Of a DNA stretch of 64,000 nt, positions 1 through 12,100 are shown one piece after another. This DNA comes from the human T2T-CHM13v2.0 reference genome, Homo sapiens. A program made the translations under genes and the position numbers. Each line of letters starts with the position of its first letter. Positions within the stretch are counted from its first letter, which is position 1. Location of the stretch: NCBI RefSeq assembly GCF_009914755.1, contig NC_060930.1; one strand, written 5' to 3'. A model generated the notes under the pieces. The model had not been told where the DNA came from. It saw nothing but the letters and a program-made list of their open reading frames with translations, and searched no databases.

Positions 1-263
1 AACTCACCGTCTTTAACCTTTCTTTTGGTAGAGAAGTTTTGAAACACTCTCTTTGTAAAGTCTACAAGTGGATATTTTGAGCCCTTGGAGGCATTCTTTG
101 GAAAAGGGAATGTCTTCACATAAAAGGCAGACAGAAGTGTTCTCAGAAACTGCTTTGTGATGTCTGTGTTCAACTCACAGAGTTTAACATTTCCTTTGAT
201 AGAGCGGTTTAGTAACCCTCTCTTTGTAGAATTTGGAAGTGTATACTAAGAGCGCTTTGAGGC

Positions 264-280
264 CTATGGTAGAAAAGGAA
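264..280 (+). other. pJalpha-type (A-box) motif of A-type monomers (example)
   Basis: CTATGGTAGAAAAGGAA sits at the position equivalent to the CENP-B box; variants occur in 9 monomers per 18-mer. Confidence 0.7.
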
Positions 281-434
281 ATATCTTTCCATAAAAGCTA
301 GACAGAAGCAATCTCAGAAACTCCTTTGTGATGTCTGCATTCAACTCACCGAGTGGAACATTCCTCTTGAGAGAGCAGTTTGGAAACACTCTTTCTGTAG
401 AATCAGCTTGTTTGTATTTGGACCTCCTTGAGGC

Positions 435-451
435 CTTCGTTGGAAACGGGT
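435..451 (+). promoter_or_regulatory. CENP-B box (first HOR, box 1; recurs in each HOR copy)
   Basis: CTTCGTTGGAAACGGGT retains the essential NTTCGNNNNANNCGGGN core. Confidence 0.9.
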
Positions 452-774
452 TTTCATCTTATAAACCCAGACAGAAGAATTCTCAGAGTCTTCTTTGTGA
501 TGTGTGCTTTCAACTCACCGAGATAAAGATTTCTCTTGATAGAGCAATTTGGAAACACTCTTTTTGTAGAATTTGCAAGGGTACATTGAGAGCGCTTTCA
601 GGCCTATGGTAGAAAAGGGAATATCTTTCCATAAAAGGTAGACAGAAGCAATCTCAGAAACTACTTTGTGATGTGTGCATTCAACTCACCGAGTGCAACG
701 TTCCTCTTGACCGAGCAGTTTGGAAACATTGTTTCTGTAGAATCTGCAAGTGGATATTTGGACCTCTTTGAGGC

Positions 775-791
775 CTTCGTTGGAAACGGGA
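775..791 (+). promoter_or_regulatory. CENP-B box (first HOR, box 2)
   Basis: CTTCGTTGGAAACGGGA, exact canonical match. Confidence 0.95.
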
Positions 792-1114
792 TTTCTTCCT
801 GTAAACCCAGACAGAAGAATTCTCAGAGACTTCTTTGTGATGTGTGAATTCAACTCACAGTGTGGATCCTTCCTTTTGATAGAGCAGTTTTGAAACCCTG
901 TTTTTGTAGTATTTCCAAGCGGATATTTGGAACGCCTTGAAGCGTATGGTAGAAAAGGAAATATCTTCCCATAAAACCTAGACAGAACCAATCTCAGAAA
1001 CGACTTTGTGATGTCTGCATTCAACTCACAGAGTTGAACATTTCTCTTGATAGAGCAGTTTTGAAACCCTCTTTCTGAAGGATCTGCAAGTGGATATTTG
1101 GAACTCCTTTGGGT

Positions 1115-1131
1115 CTTCGTTGGAAACGGGA
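1115..1131 (+). promoter_or_regulatory. CENP-B box (first HOR, box 3; deleted in all 16-mers)
   Basis: CTTCGTTGGAAACGGGA. Confidence 0.95.
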
Positions 1132-1451
1132 TTTCTTCGTATAAATCTAGACAGAAGAATTCTCCGAAACTTCTTTGGTTGTGTGCATTCAAGTCACAGA
1201 GTGGAACCTTCCTTTGGATAGAGCAGTTTGAAACGCTGTGGTTGTAGTATTTCCAAGCGGATATTAGAGCGCCTTGAGGCCTATGGTAGAAAAGGAAATA
1301 TCTTCCCATAAAACCTAGACGGAAGCAATCTCAGAAACTACTGTGTGATGGCTGCATTCCACACACACGGTGGAACATTTCTCTTGATAGAGCAGTTTTG
1401 AAACACTCTTTCTGTAGAATCTGCAAGTGGATAATTGGACCGCCTTGAGGC

Positions 1452-1468
1452 CTTCGTTGGAAACGGGA
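1452..1468 (+). promoter_or_regulatory. CENP-B box (first HOR, box 4)
   Basis: CTTCGTTGGAAACGGGA. Confidence 0.95.
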
Positions 1469-1620
1469 TTTCTTCATGTTACTCTAGATAGAAGAATTCT
1501 CAAACACTGCTATGTGATGTTTGCATTCAAGTCACAGAGTGCAACATTCCTCTTGGTAGAGCAGTTGGGAAACACTCCTTTTGTAGAATCTGCAATGGGA
1601 TATTTGGACTTCTTTGAGGC

Positions 1621-1637
1621 CTTCGTTGGAAACGGGA
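1621..1637 (+). promoter_or_regulatory. CENP-B box (first HOR, box 5; monomer adjacent to box 4)
   Basis: CTTCGTTGGAAACGGGA, 169 bp after box 4. Confidence 0.95.
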
Positions 1638-1960
1638 TTTCTTCGTATGAATCTAGACAGAAGAATTCTCAGAAACTTCCTTGTGATGTGTGCATTCAAC
1701 TCAGCGAGTGGCACCTTCCTTTGGATACAGCAGTTTTGAAACACTGTTTTTGTAGTATTTCCAAGCGGATATTTAGAGCGCCTTGAAGCCTATGCTAGAA
1801 ATGGAAATATCTCCCCATAAAACCAAGACAGAAGCAATCTCAGAAACTAATGTGTGATGGCTGCATTCCACACACACGGTGGACCATTTCTCTTGATAGA
1901 GCAGTTTTGAAACACTCTTTCTGTAGAATCTGCAAGTGGATAATTGGACCTCCTAGAGGC

Positions 1961-1977
1961 CTTCGTTGGAAACGGGA
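1961..1977 (+). promoter_or_regulatory. CENP-B box (first HOR, box 6)
   Basis: CTTCGTTGGAAACGGGA. Confidence 0.95.
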
Positions 1978-2298
1978 TTTCTTCATCTAAACCTACAGAG
2001 AAGAATTCTCAGTAACTTCTTCGGATGTGTGCATTCGACTCACAGAATGGAACATTCCCTTTGATAGAGCAGTTTTGAGACACCGCTTTGTAGAATTCCC
2101 AAGTGGATATTTAGAGCACTTTGAAGTCTCTGCTAGAAAAGGAAACATCTTCATGTAAAAAGTAGATAGAATCGTTCTCAGAAAGTGCTTAGTGACGTGT
2201 GCGTTCAACTCACAGAGTTTAACGTTTCTTTTGATAGAGCGTTTCTGAAACACCCTTCTTGTAGTAGCTGCAAGTGGATATTTGGACCTATTGGAGGC

Positions 2299-2315
2299 CT
2301 TCTTTGGAAATGGGA
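2299..2315 (+). other. Degenerate, predicted non-binding CENP-B box fixed in the HOR
   Basis: CTTCTTTGGAAATGGGA; both CpGs are lost. Confidence 0.85.
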
Positions 2316-2808
2316 TTTCTTCATGTAACTCTAGATTGAAGAATTCTCAGAAACTCCTTTGTGATGTGTGCATTCAATTCAAAGAGTGAAACCTCCCTTT
2401 TCACAGAGCAGTTTTGAAACACTGTTTTTGTAGGATTTCCAAGGGGATATTTATAGCGCATTGAGCCTACGGCGGAAAAAGAAACATCTTCCTATAAAAA
2501 CTAGACAGAATACTTCTCAGAATCTGCTTTGCGATGTGTGCGTTCAACTCACAGAGTAAAACTTTTCTTTTGATAGAGCAGTTTTGAAACACTCTTTTTG
2601 TAGTATTTGCATGTGTATATTTAGAGCGCATTGAAGCCCACAGTAGAAAAGGAAATAACTTCACCTAAAACCTAGACAGAAGCAATCTCAGAAACTACTT
2701 TGTGATGTGTACATTCAACTCACAGAGTGGAACTTTCCTCTTTATAGAGCAGTGTTGAAACACTCTTTTTGTAGAAACTGCAAGTGGATATTTGGACCTC
2801 TTTGAGGC

Positions 2809-2825
2809 CTTCGTTGGAAACGGGA
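2809..2825 (+). promoter_or_regulatory. CENP-B box (first HOR, box 7)
   Basis: CTTCGTTGGAAACGGGA. Confidence 0.95.
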
Positions 2826-3148
2826 TTTCTTCCTGTAACCCTAGACAGAAGAATTTTCAGAAACCTCATTGTGATGTGTGCGTTCATCTCACAGAGTGGA
2901 GTCTTCCGTTTGATAGAGAAGTTTTGAAACCCTGTTCTTGTAGGATTTCCAAGTGGATATTTAGACCACTTTGAAGCCTATGATAGAAAAGGAAACATCT
3001 TCATGGAAAACATAGATAGAATCATTCTCAGAAACAACTTTGTGATGTGTGCGTTGAACTCACCGTCTTTAACCTTTCTTTTGGTAGAGAAGTTTTGAAA
3101 CACTCTCTTTGTAAAGTCTACAAGTGGATATTTTGAGCCCTTGGAGGC

Positions 3149-3165
3149 ATTCTTTGGAAAAGGGA
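3149..3165 (+). other. Second degenerate CENP-B box fixed in the HOR (also at 93-109)
   Basis: ATTCTTTGGAAAAGGGA; both CpGs are lost. Confidence 0.85.
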
Positions 3166-6100
3166 ATGTCTTCACATAAAAGGCAGACAGAAGTGTTCTC
3201 AGAAACTGCTTTGTGATGTCTGTGTTCAACTCACAGAGTTTAACATTTCCTTTGATAGAGCGGTTTAGTAACCCTCTCTTTGTAGAATTTGGAAGTGTAT
3301 ACTAAGAGCGCTTTGAGGCCTATGGTAGAAAAGGAAATATCTTTCCATAAAAGCTAGACAGAAGCAATCTCAGAAACTCCTTTGTGATGTCTGCATTCAA
3401 CTCACCGAGTGGAACATTCCTCTTGATAGAGCAGTTTGGAAACACTCTTTCTGTAGAATCAGCTTGTTTGTATTTGGACCTCCTTGAGGCCTTCGTTGGA
3501 AACGGGTTTTCATCTTATAAACCCAGACAGAAGAATTCTCAGAGTCTTCTTTGTGATGTGTGCTTTCAACTCACCGAGATAAAGATTTCTCTTGATAGAG
3601 CAATTTGGAAACACTCTTTTTGTAGAATTTGCAAGGGTACATTGAGAGCGCTTTCAGGCCTATGGTAGAAAAGGGAATATCTTTCCATAAAAGGTAGACA
3701 GAAGCAATCTCAGAAACTACTTTGTGATGTGTGCATTCAACTCACCGAGTGCAACGTTCCTCTTGACCGAGCAGTTTGGAAACATTGTTTCTGTAGAATC
3801 TGCAAGTGGATATTTGGACCTCTTTGAGGCCTTCGTTGGAAAAGGGATTTCTTCCTGTAAACCCAGACAGAAGAATTCTCAGAGACTTCTTTGTGATGTG
3901 TGAATTCAACTCACAGTGTGGATCCTTCCTTTTGATAGAGCAGTTTTGAAACCCTGTTTTTGTAGTATTTCCAAGCGGATATTTGGAACGCCTTGAAGCG
4001 TATGGTAGAAAAGGAAATATCTTCCCATAAAACCTAGACAGAACCAATCTCAGAAACGACTTTGTGATGTCTGCATTCAAGTCACAGAGTTGAACATTTC
4101 TCTTGATAGAGCAGTTTTGAAACCCTCTTTCTGAAGGATCTGCAAGTGGATATTTGGAACTCCTTTGGGTCTTCGTTGGAAACGGGATTTCTTCGTATAA
4201 ATCTAGACAGAAGAATTCTCCGAAACTTCTTTGGTTGTGTGCATTCAAGTCACAGAGTGGAACCTTCCTTTGGATAGAGCAGTTTGAAACGCTGTGGTTG
4301 TAGTATTTCCAAGCGGATATTAGAGCGCCTTGAGGCCTATGGTAGAAAAGGAAATATCTTCCCATAAAACCTAGACGGAAGCAATCTCAGAAACTACTGT
4401 GTGATGGCTGCATTCCACACACACGGTGGAACATTTCTCTTGATAGAGCAGTTTTGAAACACTCTTTCTGTAGAATCTGCAAGTGGATAATTGGACCGCC
4501 TTGAGGCCTTCGTTGGAAACGGGATTTCTTCATGTTACTCTAGATAGAAGAATTCTCAAACACTGCTATGTGATGTTTGCATTCAAGTCACAGAGTGCAA
4601 CATTCCTCTTGGTAGAGCAGTTGGGAAACACTCCTTTTGTAGAATCTGCAATGGGATATTTGGACTTCTTTGAGGCCTTCGTTGGAAACGGGATTTCTTC
4701 GTATGAATCTAGACAGAAGAATTCTCAGAAACTTCCTTGTGATGTGTGCATTCAACTCAGCGAGTGGCACCTTCCTTTGGATACAGCAGTTTTGAAACAC
4801 TGTTTTTGTAGTATTTCCAAGCGGATATTTAGAGCGCCTTGAAGCCTATGCTAGAAATGGAAATATCTCCCCATAAAACCAAGACAGAAGCAATCTCAGA
4901 AACTAATGTGTGATGGCTGCATTCCACACACACGGTGGACCATTTCTCTTGATAGAGCAGTTTTGAAACACTCTTTCTGTAGAATCTGCAAGTGGATAAT
5001 TGGACCTCCTAGAGGCCTTCGTTGGAAACGGGATTTCTTCATCTAAACCTACAGAGAAGAATTCTCAGTAACTTCTTCGGATGTGTGCATTCGACTCACA
5101 GAATGGAACATTCCCTTTGATAGAGCAGTTTTGAGACACCGCTTTGTAGAATTCCCAAGTGGATATTTAGAGCACTTTGAAGTCTCTGCTAGAAAAGGAA
5201 ACATCTTCATGTAAAAAGTAGATAGAATCGTTCTCAGAAAGTGCTTAGTGACGTGTGCGTTCAACTCACAGAGTTTAACGTTTCTTTTGATAGAGCGTTT
5301 CTGAAACACCCTTCTTGTAGTAGCTGCAAGTGGATATTTGGACCTATTGGAGGCCTTCTTTGGAAATGGGATTTCTTCATGTAACTCTAGATTGAAGAAT
5401 TCTCAGAAACTCCTTTGTGATGTGTGCATTCAATTCAAAGAGTGAAACCTCCCTTTTCACAGAGCAGTTTTGAAACACTGTTTTTGTAGGATTTCCAAGG
5501 GGATATTTATAGCGCATTGAGCCTACGGCGGAAAAAGAAACATCTTCCTATAAAAACTAGACAGAATACTTCTCAGAATCTGCTTTGCGATGTGTGCGTT
5601 CAACTCACAGAGTAAAACTTTTCTTTTGATAGAGCAGTTTTGAAACACTCTTTTTGTAGTATTTGCATGTGTATATTTAGAGCGCATTGAAGCCCACAGT
5701 AGAAAAGGAAATAACTTCACCTAAAACCTAGACAGAAGCAATCTCAGAAACTACTTTGTGATGTGTACATTCAACTCACAGAGTGGAACTTTCCTCTTTA
5801 TAGAGCAGTGTTGAAACACTCTTTTTGTAGAAACTGCAAGTGGATATTTGGACCTCTTTGAGGCCTTCGTTGGAAACGGGATTTCTTCCTGTAACCCTAG
5901 ACAGAAGAATTTTCAGAAACCTCATTGTGATGTGTGCGTTCATCTCACAGAGTGGAGTCTTCCGTTTGATAGAGAAGTTTTGAAACCCTGTTCTTGTAGG
6001 ATTTCCAAGTGGATATTTAGACCACTTTGAAGCCTATGATAGAAAAGGAAACATCTTCATGGAAAACATAGATAGAATCATTCTCAGAAACAACTTTGTG

Positions 6101-9100
6101 ATGTGTGCGTTGAACTCACCGTCTTTAACCTTTCTTTTGGTAGAGAAGTTTTGAAACACTCTCTTTGTAAAGTCTACAAGTGGATATTTTGAGCCCTTGG
6201 AGGCATTCTTTGGAAAAGGGAATGTCTTCACATAAAAGGCAGACAGAAGTGTTCTCAGAAACTGCTTTGTGATGTCTGTGTTCAACTCACAGAGTTTAAC
6301 ATTTCCTTTGATAGAGCGGTTTAGTAACCCTCTCTTTGTAGAATTTGGAAGTGTATACTAAGAGCGCTTTGAGGCCTATGGTAGAAAAGGAAATATCTTT
6401 CCATAAAAGCTAGACAGAAGCAATCTCAGAAACTCCTTTGTGATGTCTGCATTCAACTCACCGAGTGGAACATTCCTCTTGATAGAGCAGTTTGGAAACA
6501 CTCTTTCTGTAGAATCAGCTTGTTTGTATTTGGACCTCCTTGAGGCCTTCGTTGGAAACGGGTTTTCATCTTATAAACCCAGACAGAAGAATTCTCAGAG
6601 TCTTCTTTGTGATGTGTGCTTTCAACTCACCGAGATAAAGATTTCTCTTGATAGAGCAATTTGGAAACACTCTTTTTGTAGAATTTGCAAGGGTACATTG
6701 AGAGCGCTTTCAGGCCTATGGTAGAAAAGGGAATATCTTTCCATAAAAGGTAGACAGAAGCAATCTCAGAAACTACTTTGTGATGTGTGCATTCAACTCA
6801 CCGAGTGCAACGTTCCTCTTGACCGAGCAGTTTGGAAACATTGTTTCTGTAGAATCTGCAAGTGGATATTTGGACCTCTTTGAGGCCTTCGTTGGAAAAG
6901 GGATTTCTTCCTATAAACCCAGACAGAAGAATTCTCAGAGACTTCTTTGTGATGTGTGAATTCAACTCACAGTGTGGATCCTTCCTTTTGATAGAGCAGT
7001 TTTGAAACCCTGTTTTTGTAGTATTTCCAAGCGGATATTTGGAACGCCTTGAAGCGTATGGTAGAAAAGGAAATATCTTCCCATAAAACCTAGACAGAAC
7101 CAATCTCAGAAACGACTTTGTGATGTCTGCATTCAAGTCACAGAGTTGAACATTTCTTTTGATAGAGCAGTTTTGAAACCCTCTTTCTGAAGGATCTGCA
7201 AGTGGATATTTGGAACTCCTTTGGGTCTTCGTTGGAAACGGGATTTCTTCGTATAAATCTAGACAGAAGAATTCTCCGAAACTTCTTTGGTTGTGTGCAT
7301 TCAAGTCACAGAGTGGAACCTTCCTTTGGATAGAGCAGTTTGAAACGCTGTGGTTGTAGTATTTCCAAGCGGATATTAGAGCGCCTTGAGGCCTATGGTA
7401 GAAAAGGAAATATCTTGCCATAAAACCTAGTCGGAAGCAATCTCAGAAACTACTGTGTGATGGCTGCATTCCACACACACGGTGGAACATTTCTCTTGAT
7501 AGAGCAGTTTTGAAACACTCTTTCTGTAGAATCTGCAAGTGGATAATTGGACCGCCTTGAGGCCTTCGTTGGAAACGGGATTTCTTCATGTTACTCTAGA
7601 TAGAAGAATTCTCAAACACTGCTATGTGATGTTTGCATTCAAGTCACAGAGTGCAACATTCCTCTTGGTAGAGCAGTTGGGAAACACTCCTTTTGTAGAA
7701 TCTGCAATGGGATATTTGGACTTCTTTGAGGCCTTCGTTGGAAACGGGATTTCTTCGTATGAATCTAGACAGAAGAATTCTCAGAAACTTCCTTGTGATG
7801 TGTGCATTCAACTCAGCGAGTGGCACCTTCCTTTGGATACAGCAGTTTTGAAACACTGTTTTTGTAGTATTTCCAAGCGGATATTTAGAGCGCCTTGAAG
7901 CCTATGCTAGAAATGGAAATATCTCCCCATAAAACCAAGACAGAAGCAATCTCAGAAACTAATGTGTGATGGCTGCATTCCACACACACGGTGGACCATT
8001 TCTCTTGATAGAGCAGTTTTGAAACACTCTTTCTGTAGAATCTGCAAGTGGATAATTGGACCTCCTAGAGGCCTTCGTTGGAAACGGGATTTCTTCATCT
8101 AAACCTACAGAGAAGAATTCTCAGTAACTTCTTCGGATGTGTGCATTCGACTCACAGAATGGAACATTCCCTTTGATAGAGCAGTTTTGAGACACCGTTT
8201 TTGTAGAATTCCCAAGTGGATATTTAGAGCACTTTGAAGTCTCTGCTAGAAAAGGAAACATCTTCATGTAAAAAGTAGATAGAATCGTTCTCAGAAAGTG
8301 CTTAGTGACGTGTGCGTTCAACTCACAGAGTTTAACGTTTCTTTTGATAGAGCGTTTCTGAAACACCCTTCTTGTAGTAGCTGCAAGTGGATATTTGGAC
8401 CTATTGGAGGCCTTCTTTGGAAACGGGATTTCTTCATGTAACTCTAGATTGAAGAATTCTCAGAAACTCCTTTGTGATGTGTGCATTCAATTCAAAGAGT
8501 GAAACCTCCCTTTTCACAGAGCAGTTTTGAAACACTGTTTTTGTAGGATTTCCAAGGGGATATTTATAGCGCATTGAGCCTACGGCGGAAAAAGAAACAT
8601 CTTCCTATAAAAACTAGACAGAATACTTCTCAGAATCTGCTTTGCGATGTGTGCGTTCAACTCACAGAGTAAAACTTTTCTTTTGATAGAGCAGTTTTGA
8701 AACACTCTTTTTGTAGTATTTGCATGTGTATATTTAGAGCGCATTGAAGCCCACAGTAGAAAAGGAAATAACTTCACCTAAAACCTAGACAGAAGCAATC
8801 TCAGAAACTACTTTGTGATGTGTACATTCAACTCACAGAGTGGAACTTTCCTCTTTATAGAGCAGTGTTGAAACACTCTTTTTGTAGAAACTGCAAGTGG
8901 ATATTTGGACCTCTTTGAGGCCTTCGTTGGAAACGGGATTTCTTCCTATAACCCTAGACAGAAGAATTTTCAGAAACCTCATTGTGATGTGTGCGTTCAT
9001 CTCACAGAGTGGAGTCTTCCGTTTGATAGAGAAGTTTTGAAACCCTGTTCTTGTAGGATTTCCAAGTGGATATTTAGACCACTTTGAAGCCTATGATAGA

Positions 9101-12100
9101 AAAGGAAACATCTTCATGGAAAACATAGATAGAATCATCCTCAGAAACAACTTTGTGATGTGTGCGTTGAACTCACCGTCTTTAACCTTTCTTTTGGTAG
9201 AGAAGTTTTGAAACACTCTCTTTGTAAAGTCTACAAGTGGATATTTTGAGCCCTTGGAGGCATTCTTTGGAAAAGGGAATGTCTTCACATAAAAGGCAGA
9301 CGGAAGTGTTCTCAGAAACTGCTTTGTGATGTCTGTGTTCAACTCACAGAGTTTAACATTTCCTTTGATAGAGCGGTTTAGTAACCCTCTCTTTGTAGAA
9401 TTTGGAAGTGTATACTAAGAGCGCTTTGAGGCCTATGGTAGAAAAGGAAATATCTTTCCATAAAAGCTAGACAGAAGCAATCTCAGAAACTCCTTTGTGA
9501 TGTCTGCATTCAACTCACCGAGTGGAACATTCCTCTTGATAGAGCAGTTTGGAAACACTCTTTCTGTAGAATCAGCTTGTTTGTATTTGGACCTCCTTGA
9601 GGCCTTCGTTGGAAACGGGTTTTCATCTTATAAACCCAGACAGAAGAATTCTCTGAGTCTTCTTTGTGATGTGTGCTTTCAACTCACCGAGATAAAGATT
9701 TCTCTTGATAGAGCAATTTGGAAACACTCTTTTTGTAGAATTTGCAAGGGTACATTGAGAGCGCTTTCAGGCCTATGGTAGAAAAGGGAATATCTTTCCA
9801 TAAAAGGTAGACAGAAGCAATCTCAGAAACTAATTTGTGATGTGTGCATTCAACTCACCGAGTGCAACGTTCCTCTTGACCGAGCAGTTTGGAAACATTG
9901 TTTCTGCAGAATCTGCAAGTGGATATTTGGACCTGTTTGAGGCCTTCGTTGGAAACGGGATTTCTTCCTATAAACCCAGACAGAAGAATTCTCAGAGACT
10001 TCTTTGTGATGTGTGAATTCAACTCACAGTGTGGATCCTTCCTTTTGATAGAGCAGTTTTGAAACCCTGTTTTTGTAGTATTTCCAAGCGGATATTTGGA
10101 ACGCCTTGAAGCGTATGGTAGAAAAGGAAATATCTTCTCATAAAACCTAGACAGAACCAATCTCAGAAACGACTTTGTGATGTCTGCATTCAACTCACAG
10201 AGTTGAACATTTCTCTTGATAGAGCAGTTTTGAAACCCTCTTTCTGAAGGATCTGCAAGTGGATATTTGGAACTCCTTTGGGTCTTCGTTGGAAACGGGA
10301 TTTCTTCGTATAAATCTAGACAGAAGAATTCTCCGAAACTTCTTTGGTTGTGTGCATTCAAGTCACAGAGTGGAACCTTCCTTTGGATAGAGCAGTTTGA
10401 AACGCTGTGGTTGTAGTATTTCCAAGCGGATATTAGAGCGCCTTGAGGCCTATGGTAGAAAAGGAAATATCTTCCCATAAAACCTAGACGGAAGCAATCT
10501 CAGAAACTACTGTGTGATGGCTGCATTCCACACACACGGTGGAACATTTCTCTTGATAGAGCAGTTTTGAAACACTCTTTCTGTAGAATCTGCAAGTGGA
10601 TAATTGGACCGCCTTGAGGCCTTCGTTGGAAACGGGATTTCTTCATGTTACTCTAGATAGAAGAATTCTCAAACACTGCTATGTGATGTTTGCATTCAAG
10701 TCACAGAGTGCAACATTCCTCTTGGTAGAGCAGTTGGGAAACACTCCTTTTGTAGAATCTGCAATGGGATATTTGGACTTCTTTGAGGCCTTCGTTGGAA
10801 ACGGGATTTCTTCGTATGAATCTAGACAGAAGAATTCTCAGAAACTTCCTTGTGATGTGTGCATTCAACTCAGCGAGTGGCACCTTCCTTTGGATACAGC
10901 AGTTTTGAAACACTGTTTTTGTAGTATTTCCAAGCGGATATTTAGAGCGCCTTGAAGCCTATGCTAGAAATGGAAATATCTCCCCATAAAACCAAGACAG
11001 AAGCAATCTCAGAAACTAATGTGTGATGGCTGCATTCCACACACACGGTGGACCATTTCTCTTGATAGAGCAGTTTTGAAACACTCTTTCTGTAGAATCT
11101 GCAAGTGGATAATTGGACCTCCTAGAGGCCTTCGTTGGAAACGGGATTTCTTCATCTAAACCTACAGAGAAGAATTCTCAGTAACTTCTTCGGATGTGTG
11201 CATTCGACTCACAGAATGGAACATTCCCTTTGATAGAGCAGTTTTGAGACACCGCTTTGTAGAATTCCCAAGTGGATATTTAGAGCACTTTGAAGTCTCT
11301 GCTAGAAAAGGAAACATCTTCATGTAAAAAGTAGATAGAATCGTTCTCAGAAAGTGCTTAGTGACGTGTGCGTTCAACTCACAGAGTTTAACGTTTCTTT
11401 TGATAGAGCGTTTCTGAAACACCCTTCTTGTAGTAGCTGCAAGTGGATATTTGGACCTATTGGAGGCCTTCTTTGGAAATGGGATTTCTTCATGTAACTC
11501 TAGATTGAAGAATTCTCAGAAACTCCTTTGTGATGTGTGCATTCAATTCAAAGAGTGAAACCTCCCTTTTCACAGAGCAGTTTTGAAACACTGTTTTTGT
11601 AGGATTTCCAAGGGGATATTTATAGCGCATTGAGCCTACGGCGGAAAAAGAAACATCTTCCTATAAAAACTAGACAGAATACTTCTCAGAATCTGCTTTG
11701 CGATGTGTGCGTTCAACTCACAGAGTAAAACTTTTCTTTTGATAGAGCAGTTTTGAAACACTCTTTTTGTAGTATTTGCATGTGTATATTTAGAGCGCAT
11801 TGAAGCCCACAGTAGAAAAGGAAATAACTTCACCTAAAACCTAGACAGAAGCAATCTCAGAAACTACTTTGTGATGTGTACATTCAACTCACAGAGTGGA
11901 ACTTTCCTCTTTATAGAGCAGTGTTGAAACACTCTTTTTGTAGAAACTGCAAGTGGATATTTGGACCTCTTTGAGGCCTTCGTTGGAAACGGGATTTCTT
12001 CCTGTAACCCTAGACAGAAGAATTTTCAGAAACCTCATTGTGATGTGTGCGTTCATCTCACAGAGTGGAGTCTTCCGTTTGATAGAGAAGTTTTGAAACC

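Noticed and set aside
1360-1370. Short (CA)n tract
   Set aside because: Only 4-5 units and part of the monomer; informative only as a marker.
435-2825. Regularly spaced 17-bp identical motifs resembling a CRISPR array
   Set aside because: These are CENP-B boxes. The intervening sequence is itself homologous repeat rather than unique spacers, and there are no cas genes.
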